From contig CAVTRY010000012.1 of NCBI GenBank assembly GCA_963737265.1, positions 352,001 to 416,000 of the forward strand: a stretch of 64,000 bases of DNA, read 5' to 3'. This stretch comes from an uncultured delta proteobacterium. GTDB taxonomy: Bacteria > Myxococcota_A > Polyangia > Fen-1088. How positions within the stretch are numbered: the stretch's first letter is position 1; every line of letters starts with the position of its first letter. Under the pieces are notes generated by a model, which saw nothing but the letters and a program-made list of their open reading frames with translations, did not search any database and was not told the DNA's origin. This document shows, piece by piece, positions 10,728-20,138 of the stretch. Both the position numbers and the translations under genes were made by a program.

Positions 10728-11138
10728 CTATGGATGTGGTGGAAAGGCAGGGGCGCAGGCCAGCGGGCCGCTTCCACTTGGCGAATTCCGGCACGTGCCC
10801 TTCATGTCGCGTCCGTGGTGCGAGACGGTGCAGGCCACGCCCTCGCTCAAGTTGGCGCAAGCCTCGATCGCCTCGGGTGGCGGCGGGGGCATGCAGGCCA
10901 GGGTTTCGCTTCCGCCCGGACCCTTGCCGCAGATGCTTTGGACAGATTGTCCGTGAAACGAGAACGTACAGGACGCGCCTTCTTTCTGGCTGGCGCAGGC
11001 GTCAATGGCCTCTTGCGGTGGTTGCGGGGGAGGTGGCGCGTTGTCGTTGTCATTCGCCGCACGCGCTTGATGGGCGGGAAGGCCAGTCAAGGCGGCCAAC
11101 GCGATGCTAGCGAGAAGTCCCAAGGGTCTTGTGGTCAT
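10728..11138 (-). CDS. Secreted Cys-rich protein with two internal repeats
   Basis: Signal peptide; duplicated PPPEAIxAC..EGxxCT...GxC..GP...LAC unit; ggag RBS. Confidence 0.7.
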   Translation of the reverse strand: MTTRPLGLLASIALAALTGLPAHQARAANDNDNAPPPPQPPQEAIDACASQKEGASCTFSFHGQSVQSICGKGPGGSETLACMPPPPPEAIEACANLSEGVACTVSHHGRDMKGTCRNSPSGSGPLACAPAFPPHP

Positions 11139-11242
11139 CTGTGTCTCCTTTGTGGATGGTTGCTATGGCAGGACAGCCCATCAAGCGCCGTCGTTAGGCC
11201 AATAACGAAGTTGACTGCTCAACTGTCTTCTTCGGCACAGGC

Positions 11243-11995
11243 ATGCGCCCACGTGATTCGCAAGGCAGGGTCGGACCTTCGTCTCGGTGTCCCTGGACCG
11301 TCATCGTGCTCGGCGAGGATCTCAGCCTTTGTCGGCGTCTTGCGCAAGCGCTCGTTCATCGCGACTTTCGTTTCGCTTGCGCGCGTCCAGAGGAAATCGC
11401 CAGGTTCGCGGGCGGCCTTACGACCTTCGACATGATTCTGCTTCACGTCGGTCGCGAGCGCGCTGACGACCTGCTGTTACCAGAAATTCTGCGCCAAGGG
11501 GGAAGTTGCGTGGCGGTCTTGCCTCACGCCTCAACGGGCGTGGAACGAGCCCAGTGGCTTGAACATGGTGCCGACGATTGCTTGAGCCGTCCCTGCGACA
11601 GCCAGGAGTTGCTGGCCCGCCTGCGCGCTTCTATCCGACGACGCCAGCGCGGCTGCGCGCACGCTTCGACGCTCAAGGTGGGTGCACTGGTTCTCTCGCC
11701 AGACGAAAGGAAGGCTGAACTCAATGGGCAGCCGCTCGCGCTCACGACCTACGAGTTCTCCTTGCTAGCGGCGTTCGCACAACGGCCAGGCCAAGTTGTC
11801 GGCCGCGAGCAACTCATGGAGATCACCAAGGGCTCTGCGGAGTTCGCATTCGAGCGGTCGGTGGATGTGCAGGTGTCCCGTTTGCGCGCGAAGCTACACG
11901 ACAATCCGCGCCGGCCGGAGATTCTCAAGACCGTGCGGGGGGCCGGCTATGTGCTGGTGGCCGGCGGCGCAAGTTCGCACAAACCAGAGCGCTAA
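11243..11995 (+). CDS. OmpR-family response regulator with atypical receiver
   Basis: GADDCL, RSVDVQVSRLRAKL, KTVRGAGY; start codon uncertain. Confidence 0.85.
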   Translation: MRPRDSQGRVGPSSRCPWTVIVLGEDLSLCRRLAQALVHRDFRFACARPEEIARFAGGLTTFDMILLHVGRERADDLLLPEILRQGGSCVAVLPHASTGVERAQWLEHGADDCLSRPCDSQELLARLRASIRRRQRGCAHASTLKVGALVLSPDERKAELNGQPLALTTYEFSLLAAFAQRPGQVVGREQLMEITKGSAEFAFERSVDVQVSRLRAKLHDNPRRPEILKTVRGAGYVLVAGGASSHKPER

Positions 11996-12121
11996 TCCTT
12001 GCCAACGGGCAAGCAAAACTCTCGCCGGCATCGTTTGTTTCGGAATGTTTCAGTCGCGAAAGTTTGCGCGGACGAGTGACGATACCCGAGGTGACCGTCT
12101 CAACTTCCAAAGGAGGATTCC

Positions 12122-12715
12122 ATGTCAGTTTCGAGCATCAGCAGCGCTACGAGTTCCGTGGACTTTACGGAATTGCGCAAGAAGATGGCCGGGCAAATGG
12201 CCGAGAAGATGTTCAAGGCTCTCGACACCGACGGTGACGGTGCCATTTCCAAGAGCGAGCTCGAGAAGGCGAGTGCAGCGGCGGCCAACACTTCCTCGTC
12301 CATCAGCACATCGTCCTCGAGCAGTTCGTCCGTGGACGACCTCTTCAAGGCCATGGACACCAACGGCGATGGCTCCGTTTCGCAGTCCGAATTGACGGCG
12401 TTCATGAAGAAGGCCAGCGCATCCATGGGCCCGCCTCCCGGTGCGCCGTCCGCGGGTGGCCCGCCTCCCGGCCCACCACCGGACATGGGCGGGGTTGATG
12501 GCACTGACTCGTCGAGTTCGACCAGCTCGAGTAGCACCACCTCGACAACCTCGGCCGCTTCAACTTCCGACGCGGCGGACGCAAATGGCGACGGGACGGT
12601 GACCCCCGAGGAACACATGGCATTCGCCTACAAGCAGCTCATGGCGGCCCTGCAGAGTCTTAGCGACTCTACCGGTGCGAACGGCGCGACCAGTACCACG
12701 AGTGTCACCTCGTAA
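12122..12715 (+). CDS. EF-hand calcium-binding protein, Ser-rich
   Basis: DTDGDGAISKSE, DTNGDGSVSQSE and DANGDGTVTPEE loops; aaggagg RBS. Confidence 0.85.
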   Translation: MSVSSISSATSSVDFTELRKKMAGQMAEKMFKALDTDGDGAISKSELEKASAAAANTSSSISTSSSSSSSVDDLFKAMDTNGDGSVSQSELTAFMKKASASMGPPPGAPSAGGPPPGPPPDMGGVDGTDSSSSTSSSSTTSTTSAASTSDAADANGDGTVTPEEHMAFAYKQLMAALQSLSDSTGANGATSTTSVTS

Positions 12716-12859
12716 GCGGCGCGGCTGGTGAGGGCCTACCCCATCATCAGATCGCGTCGACTTCTTTGCGGTGGCCAATCTTGACGATGAGCTCTACGTC
12801 GGGTGGCTCGATCGTGTAGACGGTCCGCACCGCCGCTCTTGCAATCATCCGTGATATGA

Positions 12860-14101
12860 ATGATAATCATTCACGCTATGGATGACCTGGCATATCTGCC
12901 CCGGCTGATCGAGCCGCTGGTGAAGAAAGTGGCAAAGACCTCGCCGGTCGTGGTGGTGACGGGAGCGCGGCAGACCGGCAAGAGCACGCTGGTGCGCCAC
13001 GTGGCGCCCAAGGCCGACTACCTGACGCTTGACGACGTCGATGTCATGGAGCGGGCGCGGCACGAGCCAGACGCACTATTGCGCCAGCCTGGGCCTATCA
13101 TTCTGGACGAAGTGCAGCGCTCGCCGGATCTCCTGCTCGCCGTCAAGCGAGCGGTGGATGCTCGCCGTCGCCCAGGCCGCTTCATCCTCACCGGCTCTGC
13201 CAGCCTGCTGCTCATGAGATCGGTTTCCGAGTCTTTGGCCGGTCGTGCACTCCATTTCACCCTGTGGCCGATGACCCGCCGGGAACAGCTGGGCCTTGGT
13301 ACGGCTGGCCTGTGGGGGAGCCTGTTTCGCACGCCAGATAAGGATTGGCCGGATCTCCTCCGCGCAAGCACGGCTCCGCGCGAGGATTGGCGCGAGCTGG
13401 CACGGCGGGGCGGCTACCCGACTCCGGCGCACACCCTCACCGATCTGGATTCGCGACGGCAATGGTTTGCCGGCTACACACAGACCTACCTTGAAAGGGA
13501 TCTGCGCGATCTGTCGGTGGTTGCCTCGCTGGTGGACTTTCGCCGGCTGATGCGGGCTGCGTGCCTGCGTCTGGGCAACCTGGCCAACCAAACCGAGCTA
13601 GGACGGGACGTGGGGCTTCCGCAACCTACGGTTCACAGGCATCTCGCGCTGATGGAAGTATCGCACCAACTTGTCCGCGTTTCTGCCTATGCGGTGAACC
13701 GGACCAAGCGTCTCATTAAGACGCCCAAATTCTACTGGTCGGACGCGGGACTAGGCTTCTTTCTATCCGGCGAGAGCGAGTTGCGCGGGGCGCATCTGGA
13801 GAACGTCGTGCTGTCCGATCTCGCAGCTTGGCGGGCGAGCGAATTGGATGTGCCCGAGATCCTCTACTGGCGGACTACCACGGGCAATGAGGTCGACTTC
13901 GTCATCGAATGGCAGGGACGACTGTTGCCTGTTGAGGTCAAGAGCGCGGATCGCGCACGACTGGCGGATGCCGCGCACTTGAGAATCTTCCGCGAGGAAT
14001 ACGGGAATGCATCGCTGCCTGGCCTCGTTCTGCATGGCGGGACCGACGTCAGTTGGTTGGCCGATGGCATCCTGGCTGCCCCATGGTGGCGGGTCTTATA
14101 G
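12860..14101 (+). CDS. AAA_14 ATPase with DUF4143 domain (ATPase 3)
   Basis: GARQTGKS, ILDEVQ, ESLAGR, TYLERD, EVDF...VEVK; may start at 12878. Confidence 0.9.
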   Translation: MIIIHAMDDLAYLPRLIEPLVKKVAKTSPVVVVTGARQTGKSTLVRHVAPKADYLTLDDVDVMERARHEPDALLRQPGPIILDEVQRSPDLLLAVKRAVDARRRPGRFILTGSASLLLMRSVSESLAGRALHFTLWPMTRREQLGLGTAGLWGSLFRTPDKDWPDLLRASTAPREDWRELARRGGYPTPAHTLTDLDSRRQWFAGYTQTYLERDLRDLSVVASLVDFRRLMRAACLRLGNLANQTELGRDVGLPQPTVHRHLALMEVSHQLVRVSAYAVNRTKRLIKTPKFYWSDAGLGFFLSGESELRGAHLENVVLSDLAAWRASELDVPEILYWRTTTGNEVDFVIEWQGRLLPVEVKSADRARLADAAHLRIFREEYGNASLPGLVLHGGTDVSWLADGILAAPWWRVL

Positions 14102-14219
14102 GGCGAGCGAGGAGAGGGTCAAAGCCCATAGGCATTAACCGGATGGGCAGCGAAGGATCGAGCATATGCCGCTAGCCCCGCGAAGCGGCTCATCATTACC
14201 CAAATCTTTCTCGCGCGAC

Positions 14220-14745
14220 CAAGAAGGACGGCGACTGCACGAAGCGCCTCGGCAGCGAGACAGTCCGGTTTGAGCCGCGGGCGTAGGCCGCACAAGACCG
14301 TTAACTGCAAAGGCGTGAGAACCCGATCGGCGCGCACGGGTTCGGGCCGGCGGGCGACGTCGCGCAGGCACAACATCTGCCACGCGACCACCGTGGCAAA
14401 GGCGAGAAAGTTCTGCAAAGCATGTGCGGTCTCGAGCTGTCGCTGTTCCGTCGCGCACCCGGTCTTCATGCCCATGTGCAGCTCCTCGATGAGCCACCGC
14501 GCCTCATATCCCCGCACCACCGCCAGTGCGATGGGCTCACGGGTCAGCAAGTACCAGACCAGAGCCTCCACGCCCTCTGGCGGCTGGTTCTCGATGGCCG
14601 CTACGACGTTGAGCTGCACGGAATCGCCGAGACGCCCGCGATTCCTCGGCGGACAGATCGCCAAGCTCGTGGCTCGAATTTCCAGCTGCGCCACGCGCGC
14701 CGCTCGGCCTGGCCGCGCTGGCAATGCAAGCTCGGCTCTCATGGT
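14220..14745 (-). mobile_element. IS4-family (IS50/Tn5-like) transposase C-terminal fragment
   Basis: AIENQPPEGVEALVWYLLT, YEARWLIEELHMGMKTGC (YREK-type); both ends missing. Confidence 0.75.
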
Positions 14746-14894
14746 TAAACCTCGTGGGGATCTTGGCCCGATCCCGCTACGGGCATTTTGCCTCAGTTCA
14801 ACCAAACGAACGTGGCTCTTGTTCTGGTTGCAGCGTGCGGTTGGGCTTGCGTCCCGGCTCCCTCGGGATAGAAATGGGATGAACGGGAGCCGCC

Positions 14895-15501
14895 ATGCCG
14901 CGAATCGATCCGATACACACCGCAAGGCTCGTCATCCGCGAGTTCCAACCGAGCGACCGCGAGGCACTGCTCGCCATCGTGCGAGAGCCTGGGCAAATCC
15001 AGCACATGCTGCTCTTTCTCGACACCGAGGATCAGCTCGAACGCTTTTCTGGCGATGGTCGTCCAAGAGGCCAGCGTCGAAACGCGGCAGCAGTGGCATT
15101 TCGCGGTCGAGGACGCGACGACGGGCAGCTATCTCGGCAGTTGTTGCCTGACGGTCGAGCCTGATTCCCCGAGCTCGGCTGAACTCGGGTATTGGTTCCT
15201 GCGCCCGGCGTGGGGCAAAGGCTACGCGACCGAATCAGCCGCGGCCCTGCTCAACCTCGGCTTCCGCCGCCTCGGCCTTCATCGAGTGTGGGGCAAGTGT
15301 CACACGCGAAATCCCGTTTCGGCCCGGGTCATGGAGAAGCTGGGCATGACCTACGAAGGAACCTTGCGCGAGCACGTGTGGCTGTGCGACCACTTCCGCA
15401 GCTCGCGCATCTACGGCATGTTGCAAGACGAGTACGAGGCAGCAAAGAGTGGGCTGGGCGGTTCGCCGGCGAATCCCTCGTCCCGCGGGGGATTTGGCTA
15501 G
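14895..15501 (+). CDS. GNAT N-acetyltransferase (RimJ/RimL type), frameshift near 15048
   Basis: IHTARLVIREF N-terminus in one frame; AELGYW...WGKGYATE, NPVSARVMEKLGM in the next. Confidence 0.8.
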
Positions 15502-15926
15502 CCCGTGACCGCGGTCAGGCCGAGGGCGGTGGCCGCGAGGATTTGGTGGGCGTCGAAAGTAAGGAACTTGGTGAAGTTGTGGTGTAATGCAGTCACCAGG
15601 TGCATACAGTCCGACGAGCGAAGGAAGATCGTCGAAGGCAGCGTTGCAAAGGTCTCGGCGGCCGCTCTCATAATGAAGCCGTCGACAGGCAGCCAGGTCC
15701 AGAAGCCGGCCAGATCGTCGTGCTGGAACTGACGAGCCGCCGCCAAGAAATCCCGTCGGCTCCATGTTCCCTCGCGTAGGCGGCGATGAAACACCGCCAT
15801 GATTTCCGGCCGCACCAGCTCGGAAACACAAACTTGGTCCGCCCGCTCGATCAACCGGCGGATAGCACGCGATTCTCTCTCGGGGACGTAGAACTTGGCT
15901 ACCGCCGAGGTGTCACAGGCGATCAA
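15498..15926 (-). CDS. PIN-domain (VapC-like) toxin
   Basis: IACDTSAVAK, LRSSDCMHL, FLTFD; TTG start overlapping the antitoxin stop. Confidence 0.85.
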   Translation of the reverse strand: MIACDTSAVAKFYVPERESRAIRRLIERADQVCVSELVRPEIMAVFHRRLREGTWSRRDFLAAARQFQHDDLAGFWTWLPVDGFIMRAAAETFATLPSTIFLRSSDCMHLVTALHHNFTKFLTFDAHQILAATALGLTAVTG

Positions 15927-16171
15927 CGGTCGCCCCGAACCGCGTCTAGATCGCCGAGGATCTTGCCCGATGACTTGCGCGCAAGCAGGGCCTTGTATTC
16001 GCTCAGCAAAATGCGCCGTCGAGGTTTCGTCACGAGTAGGGCGGGCCGGGCCAGCACGGCAACAGGTTTGCCCCGGTCGGTGACCTCGATGGGAGACTTG
16101 GACCTGGCGGCCAGTCGCACATGCTCGCCTGTCGTCTGATGGAGCTGCTTGATGCTGATGCTGGCCGCCAT
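15923..16171 (-). CDS. Phd/YefM-like antitoxin
   Basis: SISIKQLH...IEVTDRGKPVAVL. Confidence 0.85.
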   Translation of the reverse strand: MAASISIKQLHQTTGEHVRLAARSKSPIEVTDRGKPVAVLARPALLVTKPRRRILLSEYKALLARKSSGKILGDLDAVRGDR

Positions 16172-16499
16172 GGTGTAACAGTGACACCCGCACGCGGCGC
16201 AGTCAAGGCACCGGCGGCGACGTGGCCTACGGTATCGTCCGATCCCATGCCTTCCAATTCAAGCTATCCGGGAGCCTGTCCATCGCGCGAAGTTCGCAGC
16301 CATTGACCTGGGCATGGGACGTGGGTGCGCGAACCAAGATTCTGTTGGCCGACGTCGTAGCCCTGGAAATGGAACTCGAACTCAACCGTCGCATCGATCC
16401 GGGCACATCGCAGACCGACACTTCCATCCGTGGCGCGGCCGTCTTGGAGTTGAACGTCCGAGCCACCCACCACTTGAATATCTTCGCCGATATCAATCC

Positions 16500-16669
16500 G
16501 CACACCCTCACCGATCTGGATTCGCGACGGCAATGGTTTGCCGGCTACACACAGACCTACCTTGAAAGGGATCTGCGCGATCTGTCGGTGGTTGCCTCGC
16601 TGGTGGACTTTCGCCGGCTGATGCGGGCTGCGTGCCTGCGTCTGGGCAACCTGGCCAACCAAACCGAGC
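16500..16669 (+). repeat. Internal 170-bp fragment of the ATPase 3 gene (13429-13598)
   Basis: Apparently identical sequence, fused in frame to an unrelated beta-barrel-like fragment (16222-16499). Confidence 0.9.
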
Positions 16670-16698
16670 AACATCCGCCATCGCTACCGTCGTAGCAG

Positions 16699-17115
16699 TC
16701 ACGCCAGAACCGTGAGACCAAGCGCGCGAAAGTCTCGGTCGAAGGCCAGGCAGGCCACGTCTCCCAGCCGTTGCCTCACGATGACGAACGAGACCGCATC
16801 GCAGTAGGAGAGGCGTCGCCTGGGGGCCAGACGTCGAAAGACCTCCAGCGCGGCAGCATGGTCGGTCGAATCTGGAACTACCATTTCGACAGTCGGCACG
16901 ATATCCCGGGCAAACAGCAGAGCCGAACGCGCCCCATCGCGATAGCGAAGAAGGGTGAGGGTTTCGCTCATCACCTCGCGCGTGGTGTGGAACCGACTGG
17001 CCGCAACGGCCGCCTCTTCGAGCAAATCACCCGCGCGTTCATGATTCACGTCCTTGGCTACCATGGCCGCGAACCAAAACGATGTATCGACGAACAAATC
17101 CGTCGGGAGTGGCAT
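16699..17115 (-). CDS. PIN-domain (VapC-like) toxin
   Basis: LFVDTSFW, LSYCDAVSF, AFDRDF. Confidence 0.88.
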   Translation of the reverse strand: MPLPTDLFVDTSFWFAAMVAKDVNHERAGDLLEEAAVAASRFHTTREVMSETLTLLRYRDGARSALLFARDIVPTVEMVVPDSTDHAAALEVFRRLAPRRRLSYCDAVSFVIVRQRLGDVACLAFDRDFRALGLTVLA

Positions 17116-17369
17116 TAGTCGTGGCGTCTCGTCAGGTAGTCGGTTTTGTGCACCGACACGTCTGCGCGCTGCCCACGGCGGCGCGGTAGCGCTTGTCGCA
17201 GGGAGAGAAGTGCCCTTGCTGTTCCGGCCTCCTCAACCAGAGGCCCAATCAATCGCGCAACGGTGACGCCACGATTCGTAATTTCCACGGTTGTTCCGGC
17301 TCTCTGAATCTCCTTCAAAAGAGATGGCAGGGCTTTCCTGACTTCGCTGATGGCCATTTGTCGCGACAT
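17115..17369 (-). CDS. Phd/YefM-like antitoxin
   Basis: MAISEVRKAL...VEITNRGVTVARL. Confidence 0.85.
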   Translation of the reverse strand: MSRQMAISEVRKALPSLLKEIQRAGTTVEITNRGVTVARLIGPLVEEAGTARALLSLRQALPRRRGQRADVSVHKTDYLTRRHD

Positions 17370-17385
17370 GTACAAATTGTACATG
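17367..17385. promoter_or_regulatory. Antitoxin operator palindrome CATGTACAA-A-TTGTACATG
   Basis: Perfect palindrome over the antitoxin start; TGTAC core as in yefM-type operators. Confidence 0.7.
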
Positions 17386-17535
17386 ACCGAGTTTTCAAAA
17401 ACCAGAGACATCGTTCGCTTCCCGAATCAACTGGGCAAGCGAAGCTGTGATCGGTACCTGGTTCGATGGAGCACGTCTTCGCCTCGCCCCGCGTGTTCGC
17501 CTCGCCCCGCTTGCGCGGGGCAAGGTGTTTTCAGG

Positions 17536-17838
17536 TCAGCCCGCCGCCGCGACTGGCTTCGGAAGGCGTCGGAGGTGGGCCCGCGCTTGATGGAGGTCGA
17601 CCGCCTGCTGAGCGTTGAGCCAGAAGTCGGGCGACGTCTGGAAGCTGGCGCCGAGCCTGAGCGCCATCTCGGCGGTCACGGACGTGCGTCCGTTGACGAT
17701 CCGGTTGACGACCTTCACGTCACAGCCGAGGTGAAGGGCGAGCTCCTTCTGGCTCATGCCCAAGGGCTTGAGGAACTCCTCGTGCAGGATCTCACCAGGG
17801 GTCGTCGGTTTGCGCGTCATTTCTCGGTGTGCATCCAT
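17536..17838 (-). CDS. higA: HigA-family antitoxin
   Basis: TPGEILHEEFLKPLGMSQ...VTAEMALRLG...FWLNAQ. Confidence 0.9.
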   Translation of the reverse strand: MDAHREMTRKPTTPGEILHEEFLKPLGMSQKELALHLGCDVKVVNRIVNGRTSVTAEMALRLGASFQTSPDFWLNAQQAVDLHQARAHLRRLPKPVAAAG

Positions 17839-17851
17839 CTGAATGTCTCCT

Positions 17852-18145
17852 TCACCCGTGGTAGTCGACGATGTCGACATCCTCCGGGCCACTTCTCGTC
17901 CAGCGAAAGATCACTCGCCGCTGGTCATTGACCCGGATGCTGAAGGAACCCTTCAGGTCGCCCTTGAGAGCCTCCAGCCGGTTCGCGGGCGGTGATCTCA
18001 GGTCATCCACCGTTTGTGCGTAGTGCAAGATATCCAGCTTGCGGGTCACGGTCTTGGCGACGCCAATCCAGCCGGCTCGTCGGTCCGTCGTGCCGTCGAG
18101 GAAGAAATCCGCAAGCGCGGGCCGGCGAAAGCTGCGGATTGCCAT
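17852..18145 (-). CDS. higB: HigB-family (RelE) toxin
   Basis: [26 protein letters not shown]; toxin-first gene order. Confidence 0.9.
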   Translation of the reverse strand: MAIRSFRRPALADFFLDGTTDRRAGWIGVAKTVTRKLDILHYAQTVDDLRSPPANRLEALKGDLKGSFSIRVNDQRRVIFRWTRSGPEDVDIVDYHG

Positions 18146-18189
18146 CGACGTGTCCAATATACCTGATCACGGTATATCTGCAAGAGGTA

Positions 18190-18615
18190 TCCAATACCTG
18201 ATGCTGCACAATATCGATACGCTGGGAGCCAACCTGGATGCACGCTGGCTGGGGCGCCACATCACCAGCGGAGTCACGCTCAGCTTCGAGGTCACGGCAC
18301 GCCGCTTCGAAGACCGCGGCGGGGGCCTGGCGCGCGTGGCTGACCGCTTGCGGATTGTCGAGGGGCTCGCACTACCGCGCGAGGAGGACGAATCCAAGTT
18401 GACCTACTACAACGCGCTTACGACCTGGATCTCCGTGGACCCACTCCTGGCCTTGTTTGGGCTTTCTCGCCGCACTCTGAACGATCCGCAGAGCGTGCTT
18501 GAGGCGGTGCGCACGCTCGCCGCTCGGTTGCCGACATACATCACCATCAAGGAAGTCAAGCGGCGCTGGGGGCACGCGCAGGAGGATATCTTCCCCGTCA
18601 CCCAGTTCGAGAAGA
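18190..18615 (+). pseudogene. Internal fragment of UTP-glucose-1-phosphate uridylyltransferase (UDPGP family)
   Basis: [37 protein letters not shown]; no start and no natural end. Confidence 0.7.
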
Positions 18616-18776
18616 CTGCGTGCCACGGCCAACCCGCCCGTCGGGCCCCGGCAAGGGTCATAGGCATTAACCGGATGGGCAGCGAAGGATCGAGAGAGGG
18701 CGCGGCGAAGCCGCGGGGGTTGGAGGAGGGTGTGGTGGTCCCGAAGTGCCCCGGGCGGAGATGTCGCCTCGCGCAG

Positions 18777-18927
18777 CCGAGTCACCGCCATTCCCCTGCC
18801 CGAACTGCGCCTTCGTTTGCGGTCGCCGGGCCGCAATTGGGCTAGACTATGAGGGGAAGCCTTGCCGATCCTGCTCGATCGCATCCGGGAAGAAGGGCAG
18901 GCGCTATGGGGCCACGCCTACAGCGGC
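18777..18927 (+). pseudogene. Collapsed relic of the ATPase2-MNT-HEPN block
   Basis: Matches 7214-7285 joined to 7591-7663. Confidence 0.88.
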
Positions 18928-19022
18928 CGCGCGGCAATTCAGCCAGACAGTGCAATACCTATGGCTGCGGCCGGATCAAACGCCTACTTGTTGGGCGGCG
19001 GCCATGGGGTTAGAATTGCCCC

Positions 19023-19262
19023 ATGGCTCAAGCAAGCCCATCTGATCTTCTGCAGCGGGCGCTGCAACTGCCGGCTGACGACCGGCTTGCGCTCGCGACG
19101 GAGATCCTTGAGAGCGTGGAAGGCCCCGAGGATCCCAAATGGGCAACCGCGTGGGCGGCGGAACTTGACCGCAGGGTAGGAGAGCTGGACGCTGGCACTG
19201 CAAAGACGATCCCCTGGGAACAGGTTAGGTCTGAGACCCTCGGACGCTTGCGTTCGAAATGA
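19023..19262 (+). CDS. Addiction-module antitoxin (TIGR02574-like)
   Basis: ALQLPADDRLALA...AWAAELDRR...IPWEQV. Confidence 0.85.
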   Translation: MAQASPSDLLQRALQLPADDRLALATEILESVEGPEDPKWATAWAAELDRRVGELDAGTAKTIPWEQVRSETLGRLRSK

Positions 19263-19470
19263 AGCCAACGATTTTCGCGCCTTCCGCTCGCACGGAGTTC
19301 GAGGCGGCGGCGGAATGGTACAGTCTGGGATGGAGATCGTCGTTTCAGGAGGGCCGTCGCTCAGCGATTCCCGTACGTCGTTTTCTTTCGCGAGCTGCCG
19401 GACTGCATTGAGGTAACCGCAGTTGCGCACGCGGCGCGGGATCCGGAATACTGGCTCAAGCGCAGATAGT
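19259..19470 (+). pseudogene. ParE/RelE toxin with internal deletion and frameshift
   Basis: MKPTIFAPSARTEFEAAAEWY joined out of frame to RRAVAQRFPYVVFFRE...AVAHAARDPEYWLKRR*. Confidence 0.8.
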
Positions 19471-19575
19471 CCGCCCAACTAGTCCTACGCCTTGACTAGC
19501 ACCCGACGATAGGTTTTGTCCCATCCCGCCTCGTGCTACGGTGTGGCCCCTGGATGATCCGATGAGCGAACACGG

Positions 19576-20136
19576 ATGACCGTCAACCTGTCGAACTACG
19601 ACAACCGGGGCTACCATCCCGGACGCGGACTTTTCGTTCGCTTGCTCTGGTACATCTGCAACGCGACCTTGTTCACCACCTGGCTGCTGCCGCTGTCGGG
19701 AGCCAAACGAAAACTGCTCCGTCTCTTTGGCGCGCGCATCGGCGCGGGCGTCGTCATCAAGCCGAGGGTGAATATCAAGTACCCCTGGCATCTGAGCATC
19801 GGGAAGCACTGCTGGATCGGCGAAGGCTGTTGGATCGACAACCTCGTCGACGTGACCATTGGCGACAACGTCTGCATCTCGCAGGGGGCGTATCTGCTCA
19901 CCGGCAACCACGACTACAAGGATCCCAGGTTCGGCTTCATGGGCGTGCCCATCACGCTCGCGGACGGCAGCTGGGTAGGTGCCTTCGCCATCGTGTGCCC
20001 GGGCGCCCACCTTGCCCAAAACTCTATCGTCACCGTGGGCAGCGTCCTGCGCGGCGAAACCGCGCCCGACGGCATCTATTCTGGCAATCCGGCCACCAGG
20101 GTTCGCGAACGCGAAATAGCAGGTCCGCCAGGCTAG
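19576..20136 (+). CDS. wcaF: WcaF-like polysaccharide O-acetyltransferase
   Basis: LRLFGARIG, PRVNIKYPW, hexapeptide repeats, TGNHD. Confidence 0.88.
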   Translation: MTVNLSNYDNRGYHPGRGLFVRLLWYICNATLFTTWLLPLSGAKRKLLRLFGARIGAGVVIKPRVNIKYPWHLSIGKHCWIGEGCWIDNLVDVTIGDNVCISQGAYLLTGNHDYKDPRFGFMGVPITLADGSWVGAFAIVCPGAHLAQNSIVTVGSVLRGETAPDGIYSGNPATRVREREIAGPPG

Positions 20137-20138
20137 CC

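Noticed and set aside
8120-16669. Diversity-generating retroelement (template/variable repeats) among the ATPase copies
   Set aside because: No reverse transcriptase; the copies are nearly identical and the differences are not adenine-specific.
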